This document shows, in pieces, positions 27,649-43,248 of a stretch of DNA of 64,000 nucleotides. The position numbers and the translations under genes are program-made. This DNA is from the human T2T-CHM13v2.0 reference genome, Homo sapiens. Within the stretch, counting starts at the first letter, position 1. The number at the start of each line of letters is the position of its first letter. Under the pieces are notes generated by a model. The model was not told the origin of the DNA. It saw only the letters and a program-made list of their open reading frames with translations, and searched no databases. The stretch lies in assembly GCF_009914755.1 (NCBI RefSeq), contig NC_060934.1. One strand, 5' to 3'.

Positions 27649-28578
27649 CATAGGACTCAAACAAATGAAACATGTTCTAAGTAAGTTAACTGCATTCCAG
27701 AACAAAACTCAATAATATTTATAGTAACACAAAAATAGCACCCAACAAGGTAAACTTACAATGGCTAGCATCCAAAGATTACCACACATGCAGAGAGGCA
27801 GGAAAACATGATCCATAATGAAGAGAATAATCAATCAATTGAAACTGACACCGATATTAGAATTATCAGAGAAGCACATTAAATCAGTTATTATAGCTTT
27901 TTAAGCATATGAAATAAAATGGAGACATACAAGATTTTTTAAGTTCCCAAATTAAGCATTTAAAAGGTGAAAATTACACTGAGTGGGATTAATGGTAGAT
28001 TAGACACAGCAGATGAAAAATTAATAAACTTGGAGGTATAACAACAGAAACCATCCAAAATGAAACACTGTTGTTAAAAAAAAAAAAGAATTTTTTTGTT
28101 TGTTTGTTTGTTTGTTTTTTACAAAGCACATCAGTATGCTCTGGGACAATTTCATACCACATAAGTCCCTAAAGGAGACGACACAGAGTGAGTAACAGAA
28201 AAATATTTGAATAACAAACTTTTCAAACTTAATAAACATTATGAACCCACAATCCAAGAAGCTCAACAAATCTCAAACATGAAGAAAACTACACTAACAT
28301 GTATCACAACCAAATTGATTAAAACCAATAAGAGAAAAAGCTTAGAAACAACCAAAGACAAAGACATGTTATGTATAGAGGAACAAAAAATAAAATGGCA
28401 TAAGATTCACCATTTGAAACAGTGTAAGCCAGAAGACGGTAGAGCAACATCCTTAAAGTACTAAAAGAAAATGTCAATACAGAATTCCATATTTGGCAAA
28501 AAGTCTTTCATAATGAAGGTGTCAACAAAATAAATAACATAGAACTGGGCTACAAATCAGAGCGTAAAATAAATATCC

Positions 28579-29020
<442 letters not shown>

Positions 29021-29178
29021 TTACGTGTGAACTTCACAAAGAAATTTCCTTTCAAAGACACAGTATGGAAGGAAACGGAAGAGGGGAGCAACTTTACAAT
29101 GGAGAAACCTGACAAACTACCTCAGGCAGGTGATTAAGGTCAGCATCAGTAGTAATAAGTCATGTGGATTGTATGCAA

Positions 29179-29586
29179 CGGTTAGTCTGTTCTTGCATTG
29201 CTGTAAAGCAATGCCGGAGACTGGGCAATTTATGAGGAAAAGTGGTTTAATTGGCTCAAGGTCCTGCAGGCTGTACAGGAGGCATGGGTGAGGAGGCCTC
29301 AGGAAGCTTGCAATCATCACAGAAGACAAAGGAGAGGCAGCCATGGTTTACATGGCAGGAGCAGGAACAAGGGGCGGGTAGAAGTGCTACACACTTTTAA
29401 ATGACCAGATCTCACAAGAACTCACTCACTATCACAAAAACAGCACCAAGGAGACGGTGCTAAACCACTCATGAGAAACCCACCCCTATGACCCAAATAC
29501 CTCCCACCGGACCCTGCCTTCAACACTGGAGATTACAGTTCAAACTTAGCCCGATTTGGGTGGGGACATGGAGTGAAACCATATCA
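29179..29586 (-). mobile_element. MSTA/MSTB MaLR solo LTR
   Basis: gttagtctgttcttgcattgctgtaaag...accagatctcacaagaactcactcactatcac...aaaccatatca. Confidence 0.9.
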
Positions 29587-30110
29587 GAAACTTTTATATA
29601 ATGTGATAAAAGTGACACTTAACCTGTGTGATTTTCCTCTCTAAAACCCCATAACTCTTTGCACATTTCCTGTAAGACTAAAATTATTCTAAAATTAAAA
29701 ATAAAATGAATGCAAAATAAAGACATGGTCAGATCTACAAAAGCTGAAAGAACTTATTACTGACAGCTCCACAATATAAGCTAAAAGATGTCTTTAGGCA
29801 GAAGGAATTTGGGTGATCATAAATGGTTATTACATGTATAAATATGTAAGATTTTATTATTATTTAAATCCCTTTAAAAGACAACTGACTTCTGGTTCCA
29901 CCAAGATAGAACATACCCATTCCTCCCAGGTCCTCTTTCTTACAAGTAAAACATCCTTTTCATAACTCTTACTAGAAAGAAAAAGAGCAAACCAAGCACG
30001 AAGCAATCATTAGGAAGGAAAGAACAAAGTACAGAAATCAATAAGATTGAAAATAAGAAAACCAAATAGAAAGCCAATGGAACAAAAAGCTAGTTGTTAA
30101 AAATATAGTC

Positions 30111-30475
<365 letters not shown>

Positions 30476-30659
30476 TTAAAAGGCAGAAAATACAAATGAT
30501 CATATCTGAAACAAAACAGGTGATATCACTGCAGATTCAATAAAAGGAAAATAAGAAAAACTACAGACAAACTTTATAAATTTGACAACTTAGAAGAGAT
30601 GGGGCAATTCCTTGAAAATCACAAACTACAAGTTAATCAGGATGAAATAGACAACCTGA

Positions 30660-31020
<361 letters not shown>

Positions 31021-32116
31021 TAACAAAGCTCCAAAAAAAGAAATCTACAAGCCCAGATGATTTCACTCGAGAATAATTGTACCAAGCATTTTTCTAAAAT
31101 TAATAACAATTTAATACAATTTAACTCTTCCAAGAAAAAGAGGAAGGAATACATACCTCATTTTAGGAGACCTCATTATTACCCTGACAAAGACAGTACA
31201 AAAAAAGAAAATTATAGACTAATCTCTCTCATGAACTTAGATGCAAAAATCATCAACTAAATGTTAACAAATCAAATTTAGCAGTGTATAAAAAGAATTA
31301 TACACTAGGACTGAATGGGATTTATTTTAAGTATGCAAGGCCAGTTAAGCATTCAAACAAAAAATCAATATATTTCACCCTATCAGTGGGCTAAAAGAAA
31401 AACCATATGATTATATCTGTTGATACAATTAAAGAATTTGATAAAATCAACACCCATTTATGATAAAAACTCTGAGCAAACTAGAAATAGAGGGAAACTC
31501 CCTCAACTTCATAAGAGAATTTACAAAAATAACTTACAGCTAACATCATACTTAATGGTGAAAGGTGCTTTCTCTCTAAAATTGGAAACAATGCAAGGAT
31601 GTAGGCTCTTACCACATTTATTCAACATAGTACTAGTCATAGCAGTAAGTCAAGAAAAGGAAATAAAAGGCATACAGGTTGGAAAGGAAGAAATAAAACT
31701 GTCCTTTTGCACATGATGTTATTATCTATGGAGATAATCCCAAAGAATCTACAGAAAAGACTACTAGAACTAATACAAGAGTTCAGCAAGATTGCAGGAT
31801 ACAAATCAACACATAAAAATCAACTGCATTTTTATATATAACAATGAACATGTGGACACCAAAATTAAAAACAATACCACTTAAAATAACTCCAAAGAAT
31901 ATGTAATACTAAGTATAAACTTAACAAAACATGTATAGGATCTGTGTGCAGGGAAGTCTAAAATGCTGACAAAAGAAATCAACACATGAAGAGACATACC
32001 ACGTGTTCATGGATTGGAAGACTCGATATAGTAAAGATGACAATTTTCCCCAAGTTGATTGATATGTTTAGTATGGTTCCTATTAAAATCCTAGCAAGTT
32101 TTTTGTAGATACAAAC

Positions 32117-32893
32117 TTTTTTTTTCTATTATACTTTAAGTTCTAGGGTACATGTGCAAAACGTGCAGGTTTGTTACATATGTATACATGTGCCATGTTG
32201 GTGTGCTGCACCCATTAACTCCTCATTTACATTAGGTATATCTCCTAATGCTATCCCTCCCCCCTCCCCCCACCACACGACAGGTCCCGATGTGTGATGT
32301 TCCCCACCCTGTGTCCAAGTGTTCTCATTGTTCAATTCCCACCTATGAGTGAGAACATGCGGTGTTTGGTTTTCTGTTCTTGCGATAGTTTGCTCAGAAT
32401 GATGGTTTCCAGCTTCATCCATGTCCCTACAAAGGACACGAACTCACCCTTTTTTTATGGCTGCATAGCATTCCATGGTGTATATGTGCCACATTTTCTT
32501 AATCCAGTCTGTCATTGATGGACGTTTAGGTTGGTTCCAAGTCTTTGCTATCGTGAATAGTGCCGCAATAAACATACGTGTGCATGTGTCTTTATAGCTG
32601 CATGATTTATAATCCTTTGGGTATATACCCAGTAATGGGATGGCTGGGTCAAATGGTATTTCTAGTTCTAGATCCCTGAGGAATCGCCACACTGTCTTCC
32701 ACAATGGTTGAACTAGTTTACAGTCCCACCAACAGTGTAAAAGTGTTCCTATTTCTCCACATCCTCTCCAGCACCTGTTGATTCCTGACTTTAATGATCG
32801 CCATTCTAACCGGTGTGAGATGGTATCGCATTGTGGTTTTGATTTCCATTTCTCTGATGACCAGTGATGATGAGCATTTTTTCATGTGTCTGT
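32117..32893 (-). mobile_element. L1PA (L1PA4-like) 3' end, 5'-truncated
   Basis: tatactttaagttctagggtacatgtgc...; ORF2 C-terminal peptide WKTVWRFLRDLELEIPFDPAIPLLGIYP; TSD acaaactt. Confidence 0.95.
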
Positions 32894-33956
32894 CAGACAA
32901 ACTTATTTTAAAATTTATATGAAGAGTAACAGATCCTAAATTTGCTAAAAACAGTCTTGAAAAAGAAAAGAAAGTGGGAAGAAGCACTTTATCCTACTAT
33001 ACAGCTACAATAATCAAGACAGTGTGGGCAACAGACATATAGATCAATGGAGCAGAATAGAAAAATCCAAAAATAAACCATAGAGACATGTTTGCCTGAT
33101 TTTTGACCAAAGTCAAAAGTAATTCAATGGAGGAAGAATAACCTTTACAACAAATGGTGCTGGAGCAATTGGACATACATAGGCCAAAAAAATGAGCTGT
33201 GAATAACCTAAACTTCACACCTCATCCAAAAATTAACACAAAATGGAACATGAACTTCAAGATAAAACAAAACTATAAAACTTTTAGAAAACAACATAGG
33301 GAAAATATCTTTAGGATCTATGACAAATTAAAATAGAATGAGATATCACTACACACCTACCAGAATGGCTAAAATAGTGACAGCACCAAATGCTGGAAAG
33401 GACATGGAGAAACTGGATCATACATACATTGCTGGTAGGAAAACAAAAGGGTAGAGCCACTCTGGAAAGCAGTTTTCAGTTTTTATAAAACTAAACATGC
33501 AACTGCCATGTGGCCTAGCAATTACACCCTTGGGCATCTATCCCAGAAAAACAAAAAGTCACATTCACATAAAAACCTACATCCAAATAAATGTTCATAG
33601 CAGCATTATTTATAACATTTTTTCACATAAACTGGAATGACCCAGATATCCTTCAGCAGATGAATAGTGATCCATCCATCCCATGGAATATTACTCAGCA
33701 AGAAAAAGGGACTAACTATTGATATACACCACACAATGACTTAAATGAATTTCTAGGGAATTATGCTATGTAAGAAAAGCCCAGTTCCTGAAGGTTATAT
33801 ACTGCATAAGTCCATTTATGTAACATACTTGCAAAGACAAAATTATACCAATGAAGAACACATTCGTGGTCTTAAGGTGGGAGGCAGAGAGATGGAGATG
33901 GGTGTGGCTGTAAAAGGGAACAGGACAGATCCTGGTGGTGATGGAAGTGTCCTGTG

Positions 33957-34351
33957 TGTTGAATGAAGTTTATCCTAAAGCAGCCTCCTTACATATTTTA
34001 AGTCCGGCCTAAAGGTTTCTCTGTACATTGTGAATATAACCTAAATGGAGTTGTAAACAGACTGTAGCCTACTCTTGTGCCAATTACCAAGTTTTGGCCA
34101 ATCAAAGGTGGCCAACTGTTCAAACCATGTTCAAATAAGGCAAACGCCAAACTGTAACCAATCCAGCTGTTTCTGTACCTCATTGCCATTTTCTGTACCT
34201 TTCCTTTTTCTCATTATAAATCTTCTTGCACCACGTGGCTTCAGTGGAGTCTCTGAGTCTACTCTGGCTCTGGAGGCTGCCCAATTTGCAAATTTTCTTT
34301 GCTCAGTTAAACTCTGTTAAATTTAATTCAACTAAAGTTTTTCTTTTAACA
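33957..34351 (+). mobile_element. MER57-type ERV1 solo LTR
   Basis: tgttgaatgaagtttatcctaaagcagcctccttacatattttaag...ttttcttttaaca; 4 bp flanks tgtg/tgta. Confidence 0.85.
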
Positions 34352-34390
34352 TGTATTTTGATTGTATCAATGTCAATATCTTTGATGTGA

Positions 34391-34703
34391 TATTATTATT
34401 TTTTATTTATTTGTTTATTTATTTTGAGACAGAGTCTCACTCTGTTGCCAGGTTGGAGTGCAGTGGCACAATCTCGGCTCATTGCAACCTCTGCCTCCTG
34501 AGTTGAAGCGATTCTTCTGCTCAGCCTCCCGAGTAGATGTGACTACAGGCATGTGCCATCACACCCAGCTAATTTTTGTATTTTTAGTAGAGACAGGGTT
34601 TCACCATGTTGGCCAAGATGGTCTCGATCTCTTGATCTCGTTATCCACCCACTTCAACCTCCCAAAGTGCTGGGATTACAGGTATTAGCCACCACACTCA
34701 GCT
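34391..34703 (-). mobile_element. AluS (Sc-like)
   Basis: Full antisense Alu with a TTTA-patterned tail. Confidence 0.95.
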
Positions 34704-34921
34704 GGTATTCTTAGTTTTGCAAGATGTTACCATTGAGGAAAATTGGGTAAATGGTATAAGGAATTTCTCTGCATTATTTCTTACAATTGTATATGAACCT
34801 ACAATTATCTCAAAATAAAAAGTTTAACTTAAAAGCTTAAATAAAAATAGATCATAGGCCTAAATGTAAAACCTAAAACAATACAACTTCCAAAATAAAA
34901 CAGAAGAAAATCTTGTCATCT

Positions 34922-35276
34922 TGTCTCTTAGTCTACTCAGTATAACAAAATACCATAAAATGAGTGACTTATAAATAGCAGAAATTTATTTCTCACAGTT
35001 CTGGAGCCTGAAAAGTCCTAGATCAAGGCACTGGCAGAGTCGATGTCTGATGAGGACCCTCTTCCTAAATAACCATCTTCTCGCTGTGACCTCACAAGTA
35101 GGAAGGGCTGAGGGATCTCTCTGGGGTTTCTTTTATGAGGGCATTAATCCATTTATGAGGGCTCCACCCCATGACCTAATCACCTCCCAAAGGCCCCACC
35201 CTCCTAACACCATCACTTTAACAGTTAGGATTTCAACACGTGAACTCAGAATAAACAAACATTCAGTCCACTGCAC
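34922..35276 (-). mobile_element. MLT1A-like MaLR solo LTR
   Basis: ataacaaaataccata...atttatttctcacagttctggag...atgacctaatcacctcccaaaggcccc. Confidence 0.88.
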
Positions 35277-35470
35277 CTCGAATTAGGCAAACATTTATAA
35301 ACTTGGACAGCAAAAAGCACAATCCAAAAAATAACAAAACATATATATTGGACTTCGTCAAAAATAAAACTTCAGCTTCAAGACACTATTAATAGAATGA
35401 AAGGCAAGCCACAAACTGGGAGAAAAACTGTACAAAACATATGTGATAAAGGACTTGTATCCAGAAAATA

Positions 35471-35484
35471 TGTGTGTGTGTATA

Positions 35485-35518
<34 letters not shown>
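35471..35518. repeat. (TG)(TA)n microsatellite
   Basis: Read directly. Confidence 0.9.
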
Positions 35519-36260
35519 CTTAAAAACCCCCAAACTCTCAAAACTCAAGAAAACAAGCAGCCAAATTTTTTTTAAAAAGCAAAAGACTTAGACACTTTAA
35601 AGATGATATACATGAAATCTACATAAAAGATGCACAATATTATTAGATAATTGCAACTTAAACCCACAATAAGAAACAACTACCTATTAGAATGGCTGGG
35701 ACATACGAACACAGACCATACCAAGTATTGGCAAGCACAGGCAAGAACTAGAACTCACACATTCTACGGATGGAAATGCAAAATGGTACAACTACTTTGG
35801 AAAACATTTTGGCAGTTTCCTAAAAAGTTAAACATATGTCTACTGTGTGATCAACTATTCCGCTCCTAGATTTTTACCAAAAAGAAAAGTTTATGTCTAT
35901 ACGAAGACTCGTAATGAATATTTACAACAGCTTTGTTTGTAAACCCCCAAATTGGGAACAGCCTAAGTGTTTGTCAGAACATAAATGAATAAACAAATTC
36001 TGGTGCATCCATAGAAGGGAAGACTACTCAGCAATAGAACCAAATTAATTACTGATATACACAAAAACACTAGTGAATCTTAAAATAATTACACTGAGTG
36101 AAAGAAGCAAAAAGTCACCATGCTACATGATTCCATTTATATAAAACCTTATAAAATACAAATATAGCAACAGAAAGTAGATCCATGGTTACTGGTAGTG
36201 GTATGGGAGCATGGAGGGACTGAAGGAAGGGGTTCAAAGGGGCATTAGGAAACTTCTTGA

Positions 36261-36595
<335 letters not shown>

Positions 36596-36689
36596 AAATT
36601 ATATACTTTTAATGTGGATAATTTGTTATATCAATTATAACACAATAAAGCTGCTTAGAAAGAAAAATAGTGGTAAACATTTCCCAGTT

Positions 36690-36801
36690 TTTATTTCTAA
36701 TGTGATAAATACTGATAAATACCCTCAAATGAAAGCTCTTAGGAGTCCTCAATTTTAAGAGTAAAAAGGGGTCTTCAAACTAAAAAGTTTGAGAACTGCT
36801 G
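36690..36801. mobile_element. hAT-Charlie terminal fragment
   Basis: aaaggggtcttcaaactaaaaagtttgagaactgctg resembles a Charlie terminus. Confidence 0.6.
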
Positions 36802-38284
36802 CCCTGGGGGATAGAGATCCTGTCTTTTCTTCTTTCTTGGCATCAGCAGCACGCAACCCAACACTGAGTGCACAGCAGCTCTGCAGCGGGCATCTGCAGA
36901 GTAACTGGAAGGAAACACACAGCAGTTCAATCATTTGTCTGCTTCACTGGCTGGGGAAGTGTTTTTGAAGAGGGGAGAACCCTCTTCTCTTAAAGATGGT
37001 ACACTCTTTGAAGCTATTTCGCCTGAGTTCCAGCCCTCCTGGAGGACAAACGGTAGGCCTGTTTTCAGAAAAGTTATCTTCACTGCTTCTTCAGGACAGA
37101 TGGACTCTGCTACAGCAAAGCCAGATCCCCTGGGCAGGCCAACACAAGGGTGCCATATGCTGGTTGTGGAGGCCTTAAGGGATACCGAGACCCCATAAGA
37201 AAAGATACCTAAGCAAGACATCCCATGGCCTGGGAGCCTTGAGACATTCCAAGTGTCCTCTCTGACCTCTTTGGGAGAGCAGCTCATCTTGGCGTCCCCT
37301 CAAACAGGGCCCAACTCCTGAACAGAGGGTTCCAGGGCTGAGGCTTGCCTGGCCCAAGAAAAACAGGCAGGAGCAGTGGGCGTGTTGCCTCAGATTATAA
37401 AGTGCTCCCAGATAAGCTGGCACCTAACAAAGAGGGCCTTATGCTCCACCAGGAGCACAGGCTTTGACATTCACTGCTTTTGTACAGGCTAAAAGTGGGT
37501 TGGACACAAGAAGCCTCTATGATTACTACAAGATCACGTCCTTTAAACTAAGTGGCTTCTGGGCCACAGATTTGGATGGCAAATTGTCTGCCCTGAGTGA
37601 ACTCATAACCCTGGGAGGAGAAAGACAAAAGAGAGACAGAGAGCCCTTCTCCATGTCCCCTTCTCTTTTCCAGATTGTATCACCATATGTCTCTCTTGAA
37701 ACCTGGAGAACATCCACAAGTGGTAGGCCCCTGTGCTCCTGATTTCCTAAAGCCCCAGATTTGTGGAATATGCAGCCCAGAGCCAACCTACCCCAGCTCC
37801 CCAGCAGTCAGCACTCCACAGCTGTCTAGGCTCAGTGAGTGCTTCCTGGCACATGTCCACATTGGACCTCTGAGCTGTGCTAACAGCACCTTCACTGGGG
37901 CCTAGGGGCTTAGGCCAGCCCCATCCAGCCTTCTCCAGGAGAAAGGAGGAGTCCATGGGAAGGGGGGATTTGGCTCCATGGAAACTCATCGTACCTGTAC
38001 CCAGGGTGATAGTCAGAAAAAGAAAACCAACGCAAGTCAAGCTGTGAACGCAGGTCTCTCTTCCCCTGCAGATCCAGCTACACGTCCCCTTGATTCAGAT
38101 GCCAGCTGGTGGCAGAAAGGCTAGTGGACAAACTCTTGCCAAGGGGACTGAGAAGAAATGCCAGGGTCCCAGGTTCACGAGGAAGGACTGAGGTGAAGGG
38201 AGAGGGTGGTGAGAGTGAAAGAGTAGACAGAGAAAACGAGAGCCGCAAGTTACCTAGGGGAAAGTCACTCTGCTGACAGGCCGT

Positions 38285-38545
38285 GGATCCCAAAGTGTGC
38301 TCTCAGACAAGCAGCAGCAGCATCTGGACACTTGTTAGAAATGTACATTTTCAGACCTCAAATGCAGACCTGCTGAATCAGAGTCGGGATGAGCCAGGAC
38401 ATGGGCAGTGGTCTCCCCACCCTTGACTACTCATTGGTTTTGCCTGCAGAGATTTAAAACCCCAAACAATAACACCTGTGTCTCACCCCAGAGATTCTGA
38501 TTTAATTGATTGATTGATTGGATTGGTCTGGGGTATAGCCTGGGC
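38285..38545. mobile_element. MER5A plus MER5B-like fossils
   Basis: caaagtgtg...cagcagcatc...cttgttagaaatg...gacctgctgaatcaga; cccagagattctgatttaattg. Confidence 0.75.
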
Positions 38546-39764
38546 ATCAGAATTTCAAGTCTGCTAAAGTGTCAGGTACTTGGGGAGCTTCTGAAAAGGA
38601 CCATTGCTGAGCCCTCCCCCAAGACTTGAGGAATAAGAAGCTTCAGGAGGCACTGAGCATTTCCAGTTCTAGAAAGTATCTTCCACCCATGTGATTCCAA
38701 GGTACTCACTGGTTTTGCAAACCTTAGGAGTTTGTTTCTAAGACTGGTTCTTCCTAGCCTTGCCAAACAGGCCCAAGCTTCTAACATAGCCCTTGAACCC
38801 ATTCAACCAACAAGACATTCACTCAGTGATCAACAAATGTCATCTTTCACACCTACTGTGTCCCATGCACCGATCTCTCTAAAAATACAAAAATAAGCCA
38901 TATAAATCTGTAAGTTGGCCGCATTCTATAATGAAAGTGTGTGGGGATGCAGAAAATAAGAAAGAGAAGAAAGGGAGATGGATAAGGAAGAATTAGAGAG
39001 GTAAGTTCTTTTTCAATACGTGGGGGAAATAAAATAAGGTGAGTCAGTCAGGAATCTCTTTGGAAATACCCAGGAAGTTCTGCCCACAAGAATAATAAGT
39101 GTGTTTCCCTTCCCACGCCACCTCTACCCCACTTATTCCTGGGGAGGTTAAACAAACAATTTGTTTTGTCTTTTGAAAAGGGGTGTAGAAATCTATCACC
39201 AGGGAAAAAAATGTTAAGTAGCAGTTAGCCAGCTGAGATGCTTCCAATAAAGATAGAGGCCAGAAACAGAGGAGACAAGAATCGAGATGAGGGTGATGAT
39301 AGAGATTAACCTGTGAGTTACCTGCCAACTCTGGCTGCCGAGGCCAGCAGGGTGAGGCCCGAGAAGCAGGCAGCCACTGCCAGGGCAGGACTGGCTCCTT
39401 GAACCACGCTGGAAGCACTGTTCTGGATGGAGTCCTGGGCGCACACCCGCCTAATAAATAGGGGTATTGTAATTACTTGTTTACGTGTCACTCTCCTCCA
39501 CTAGACCATGGGCTCCTGCGGAGCTGGGACTACTGTCTTCTAGCCCCTGGCTCCTAGCATCTGGCACAGATCACCTGGCAGGAACCACCTGGCAAGGGAG
39601 TCTCCAAGACATTTTCTGAGGCCTTGAGTAAATAGCCTATTCTTTAGAGGGGATTGGGACGGTTACATAAAATCCTGGCTAAGTTAACATGCACCCGGAT
39701 GGCGGAGGTGGCACAGGGAACTTCATTATGTGAAAGACCAGCACGGCACTATGACCTGTGTGGT

Positions 39765-40157
39765 CCATCCAGAAACTCAGAATGTGGCCTTATTTGGAAG
39801 TAGGGTCTTTGCAGAGGTAATTAAGGATCAAGATGAGATCCTACTGGATTAGGGTACTTCCTAAAGCCAATGAGTCTGTCCTTAGAAGAGACAAAAGAGG
39901 ACACCAGAGACACAGAGAGAAGCCATGCAAAGTCAGAGGCACTGGAACTGGGGCTGCCACAAGCCAGGGAACACCTGGAGCTTGCAGAAGCTAAAAGAGG
40001 CAAGGAAGCATTCCTCCCTAGAGCATTCAGAGGAGCGTGGCTCTGCCGACACCTTGACTTTAGACTTCTAGCCTCTGGAATTGTGAGAGAAGAAATGTTT
40101 GTTGTTCAAAGCCAAGTTTGTAGCAATCTGTTCTGGAGGCCCCTGGAAACGAATACA
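39765..40157 (+). mobile_element. MLT1C-like MaLR LTR
   Basis: cagaatgtggccttatttggaagtagggtctttgcaga...ctgccgacaccttgactttagacttctagcctc...gaataca. Confidence 0.88.
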
Positions 40158-41307
40158 AGCTGGACATGCATTTGGAGTTCAGGCCCCACAACCACCCTGA
40201 GAGGTAGGTAGTAATACACGTGACTTACAGATGAGGACAGGTGGGCTGAAAATAGCCAAGAATGTCACTCAAGTTGACACCACCAGGAACAAAAATCAGA
40301 GGCATTGCTTTCTGGCCCTAGTAGAAAACAATTCCAAACAAAGGAAAAAGACACACTGCAATACAGCAGGGATGGATGGATGGGCCACAGCCTGGAGGTG
40401 AGAGTGCTGGAGACACCTGCCCTGATGCCACAGCACTGACCACTCTAAGCCAGGCAGAGCCACAGACACGCTTCTGGGGGAATGCCTTCCAAGCCATTTC
40501 TGCGGGACTCCAGCGTTTATAAGGAAAGCCTCACCTTTTCAACTGCAAAGACCTGGAGAGACAGGACACATAATCAAAAGGAGCACATAAAAGGGAGAGA
40601 CACATGTGCTAACCATAATGTGTTATTTCTACTTAGAGAAAAAGAAAAAAGAGTCCACATTCTAGAGTAAATGCCTCATGATTCTGTTTCAAGATGATAG
40701 TAAAAAGCTGTTTGGATCCGACACAAGCACGTTAAGGTCTTAAGAAGGCAAGAACATAATGAGGGAGACTTAAAAACTATTCATTCTTGTTCTTGTTGGC
40801 ACATCTTTGAAGAGTATTTAAAGTGGCTAGAGCACTGGAGAATACACTCTTCCATATTGGGAATTCCTCTTTTTCTCCCACGCCATAGAAAACACTTAAA
40901 AGTATAAGTGACATCCCCGTTTGCCCCTAAAGTTGTCTTGAAAGATTTTAAAGCTCCTGAAACATAATGAATGAGAAAAGACAAAATAATCCCAGTTGTC
41001 AAAGAATCTACTTCTTTGCCTCCTCATTTGTTTGTGAAATTGAAGAATCCTCCACTTGGTGTTCGGGAGGCAATGGGTAGTGGAGCAATAGCACTGGTCA
41101 CATTAAATCCCATCTCACTGACTTAGGCAACCATGAAAGACTTATTTTTTAATATCTGTTTAAATTGCAACTCTGCATATTCTGGACGTTCCTTTCCCCT
41201 TCATCCCTCAGTTTGTGCCAAACCTCACCTTTTCTGTGAAGCCTTCCTGGGATGGAGAGCATTAGGACCATTGTGGGACAGAAGAAAGAGCAAAAGGATT
41301 TAGAAGA

Positions 41308-41657
41308 CGGGTTGCCAGATTTAACAAACACACAGGGTCCCCGGTTAAATTTGAATTTTATCTATGCAACAAATAATTTTCTTTATTTTCTTTTTAGACA
41401 TAGGGTCTGTCACCCAGGCTGGAGTGCAGTGGTACGATCATAGCTCACTGCAGCCTTGAACTCCTGGCCTTAAGTGATCCTTCCAATCCAGCCTCCTAAG
41501 TAGCTGGGATTACAACAAATAATTTTCTAAAGTATAAGTATGTCCCAAATAATGCTTGGCATATACTTATGCTTAAAATACATATATTTGTTGTTTGTCT
41601 GAAATTCAAATTTAACTTGGCATTCTGTATTTTTATTTGCTAAATCTGGCAACCCTG
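41308..41657. mobile_element. MER53 palindromic DNA element, interrupted by an Alu monomer
   Basis: Inverted termini gggttgccagattta / taaatctggcaaccc. Confidence 0.85.
41381..41513 (-). mobile_element. Alu right-arm fragment (AluJ/FRAM-like)
   Basis: Antisense right monomer; TSD caacaaataatttt. Confidence 0.9.
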
Positions 41658-42077
41658 GTTGGGAGGCAGCCAGGCCTGGACTTCATTCCAATTCTACTAC
41701 TAATTAGCTATGCATACTTGGGCAGGTCAGCAAACCTCTCTGAGAGTCAGTCTCCCTTGCTATATAATGTGGACAACTCCCTACCACCTACAGAGCAATG
41801 CCCTAATCAACAAAACAGAGCTGCAAAGGTCTCCATAATCAGTCCTTCCAGCAGCATTAGTTGCCACCAAATTCTTTCTGCTACAGCAGTTACAAAACGC
41901 TTATAGATTCCCTCATGCACCATGCTTTCTTACCTCTATGCTTCTGTTCACATGGTTACATTTGCCTAGAATATTATCCCTACCCACAGCATATGCACAC
42001 CAACACACACGCCCACACACACACAGAGTCACCTACATTACTACCCTTTGCTGGGCTAACCTCTGTCAGTCCTTTAA

Positions 42078-42489
<412 letters not shown>

Positions 42490-43011
42490 CAACACATTGC
42501 TTTATATTATACTCTTCTCTTTAGGAGTCTGCATTCCCCACTGGGCCACGGACTTCTTGGTCCTACTCATCTATTTATCCTCAGCACAGCGTTTGGTACA
42601 TAGTGAGTTCCCTTTGCTTCACCCAAAATTAGCAATCCTGGGCAGGAAACCTCAATGATGAGACCCCAAACCCACGAAACCACTCCAGGAGTCTCTGCCA
42701 TCATAGACGGGTGCTCAACTTTCAGGTGATAAAAACACTCATTCTACTTTACACATTTCCTCACTTTTCTTGTGGCCCCAGGCAGCTGCACAGGTCACAG
42801 GCCTGCGAAGCTGCCTGATTCTACACTTTCCATCCTGCCCAGTGTGCTGCATGAAGTGCCATTTGCCTGACACCTGCATAATTTGATCTCCTGCTTCTAC
42901 CCCAAGAGTTTTTACAGAAAAATCTCTGGACCTGCCTGTTTCAACATTCTCTGGGCTATTCTTGAGACCAAACATTTTGATCAACAGTTTCAAGTTCAAG
43001 AAAAGGCTCAA

Positions 43012-43248
43012 GGAATGTGAGAGTGATCTGGCTGCAACATCTGTCACCCCATTGATCTCCAGAGTTGGTTCAGCCAATCGAACTGGATAGGCAGGTGTCC
43101 CCTTCCTCCCTCACTGCTCTATGTGCATCCCTCCCGAAGCTATGTGCTCCAAGAGGAAGACCATCCCTGATAGAGGAGGACCAATCTTCAGTCAAGGGTA
43201 TAGGAGTAGCTATGCTCCCCTGCTAGAACCTCCGAACAAGCTCTCAAG
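43012..43248 (+). pseudogene. RN7SKP: 7SK snRNA retropseudogene, 3'-truncated (about the first 240 nt of 7SK)
   Basis: atgtgagagtgatctggctgcaacatctgtcaccccattgatc...gtgtccccttcctccctcac...gatagaggaggacc..cttc.gtcaagggtata.gagtagct..gctcccctgctagaacctcc.aacaagctctcaag is collinear with 7SK; flanking direct repeat tcaagaaaaggctca at 42996-43010 and 43244-43258. Locus number unknown. Confidence 0.95.

Noticed and set aside
36931-37905. Overlapping 76-118 aa ORFs in the unique GC-richer block
   Set aside because: No recognisable domain; ORFs on both strands as expected by chance.
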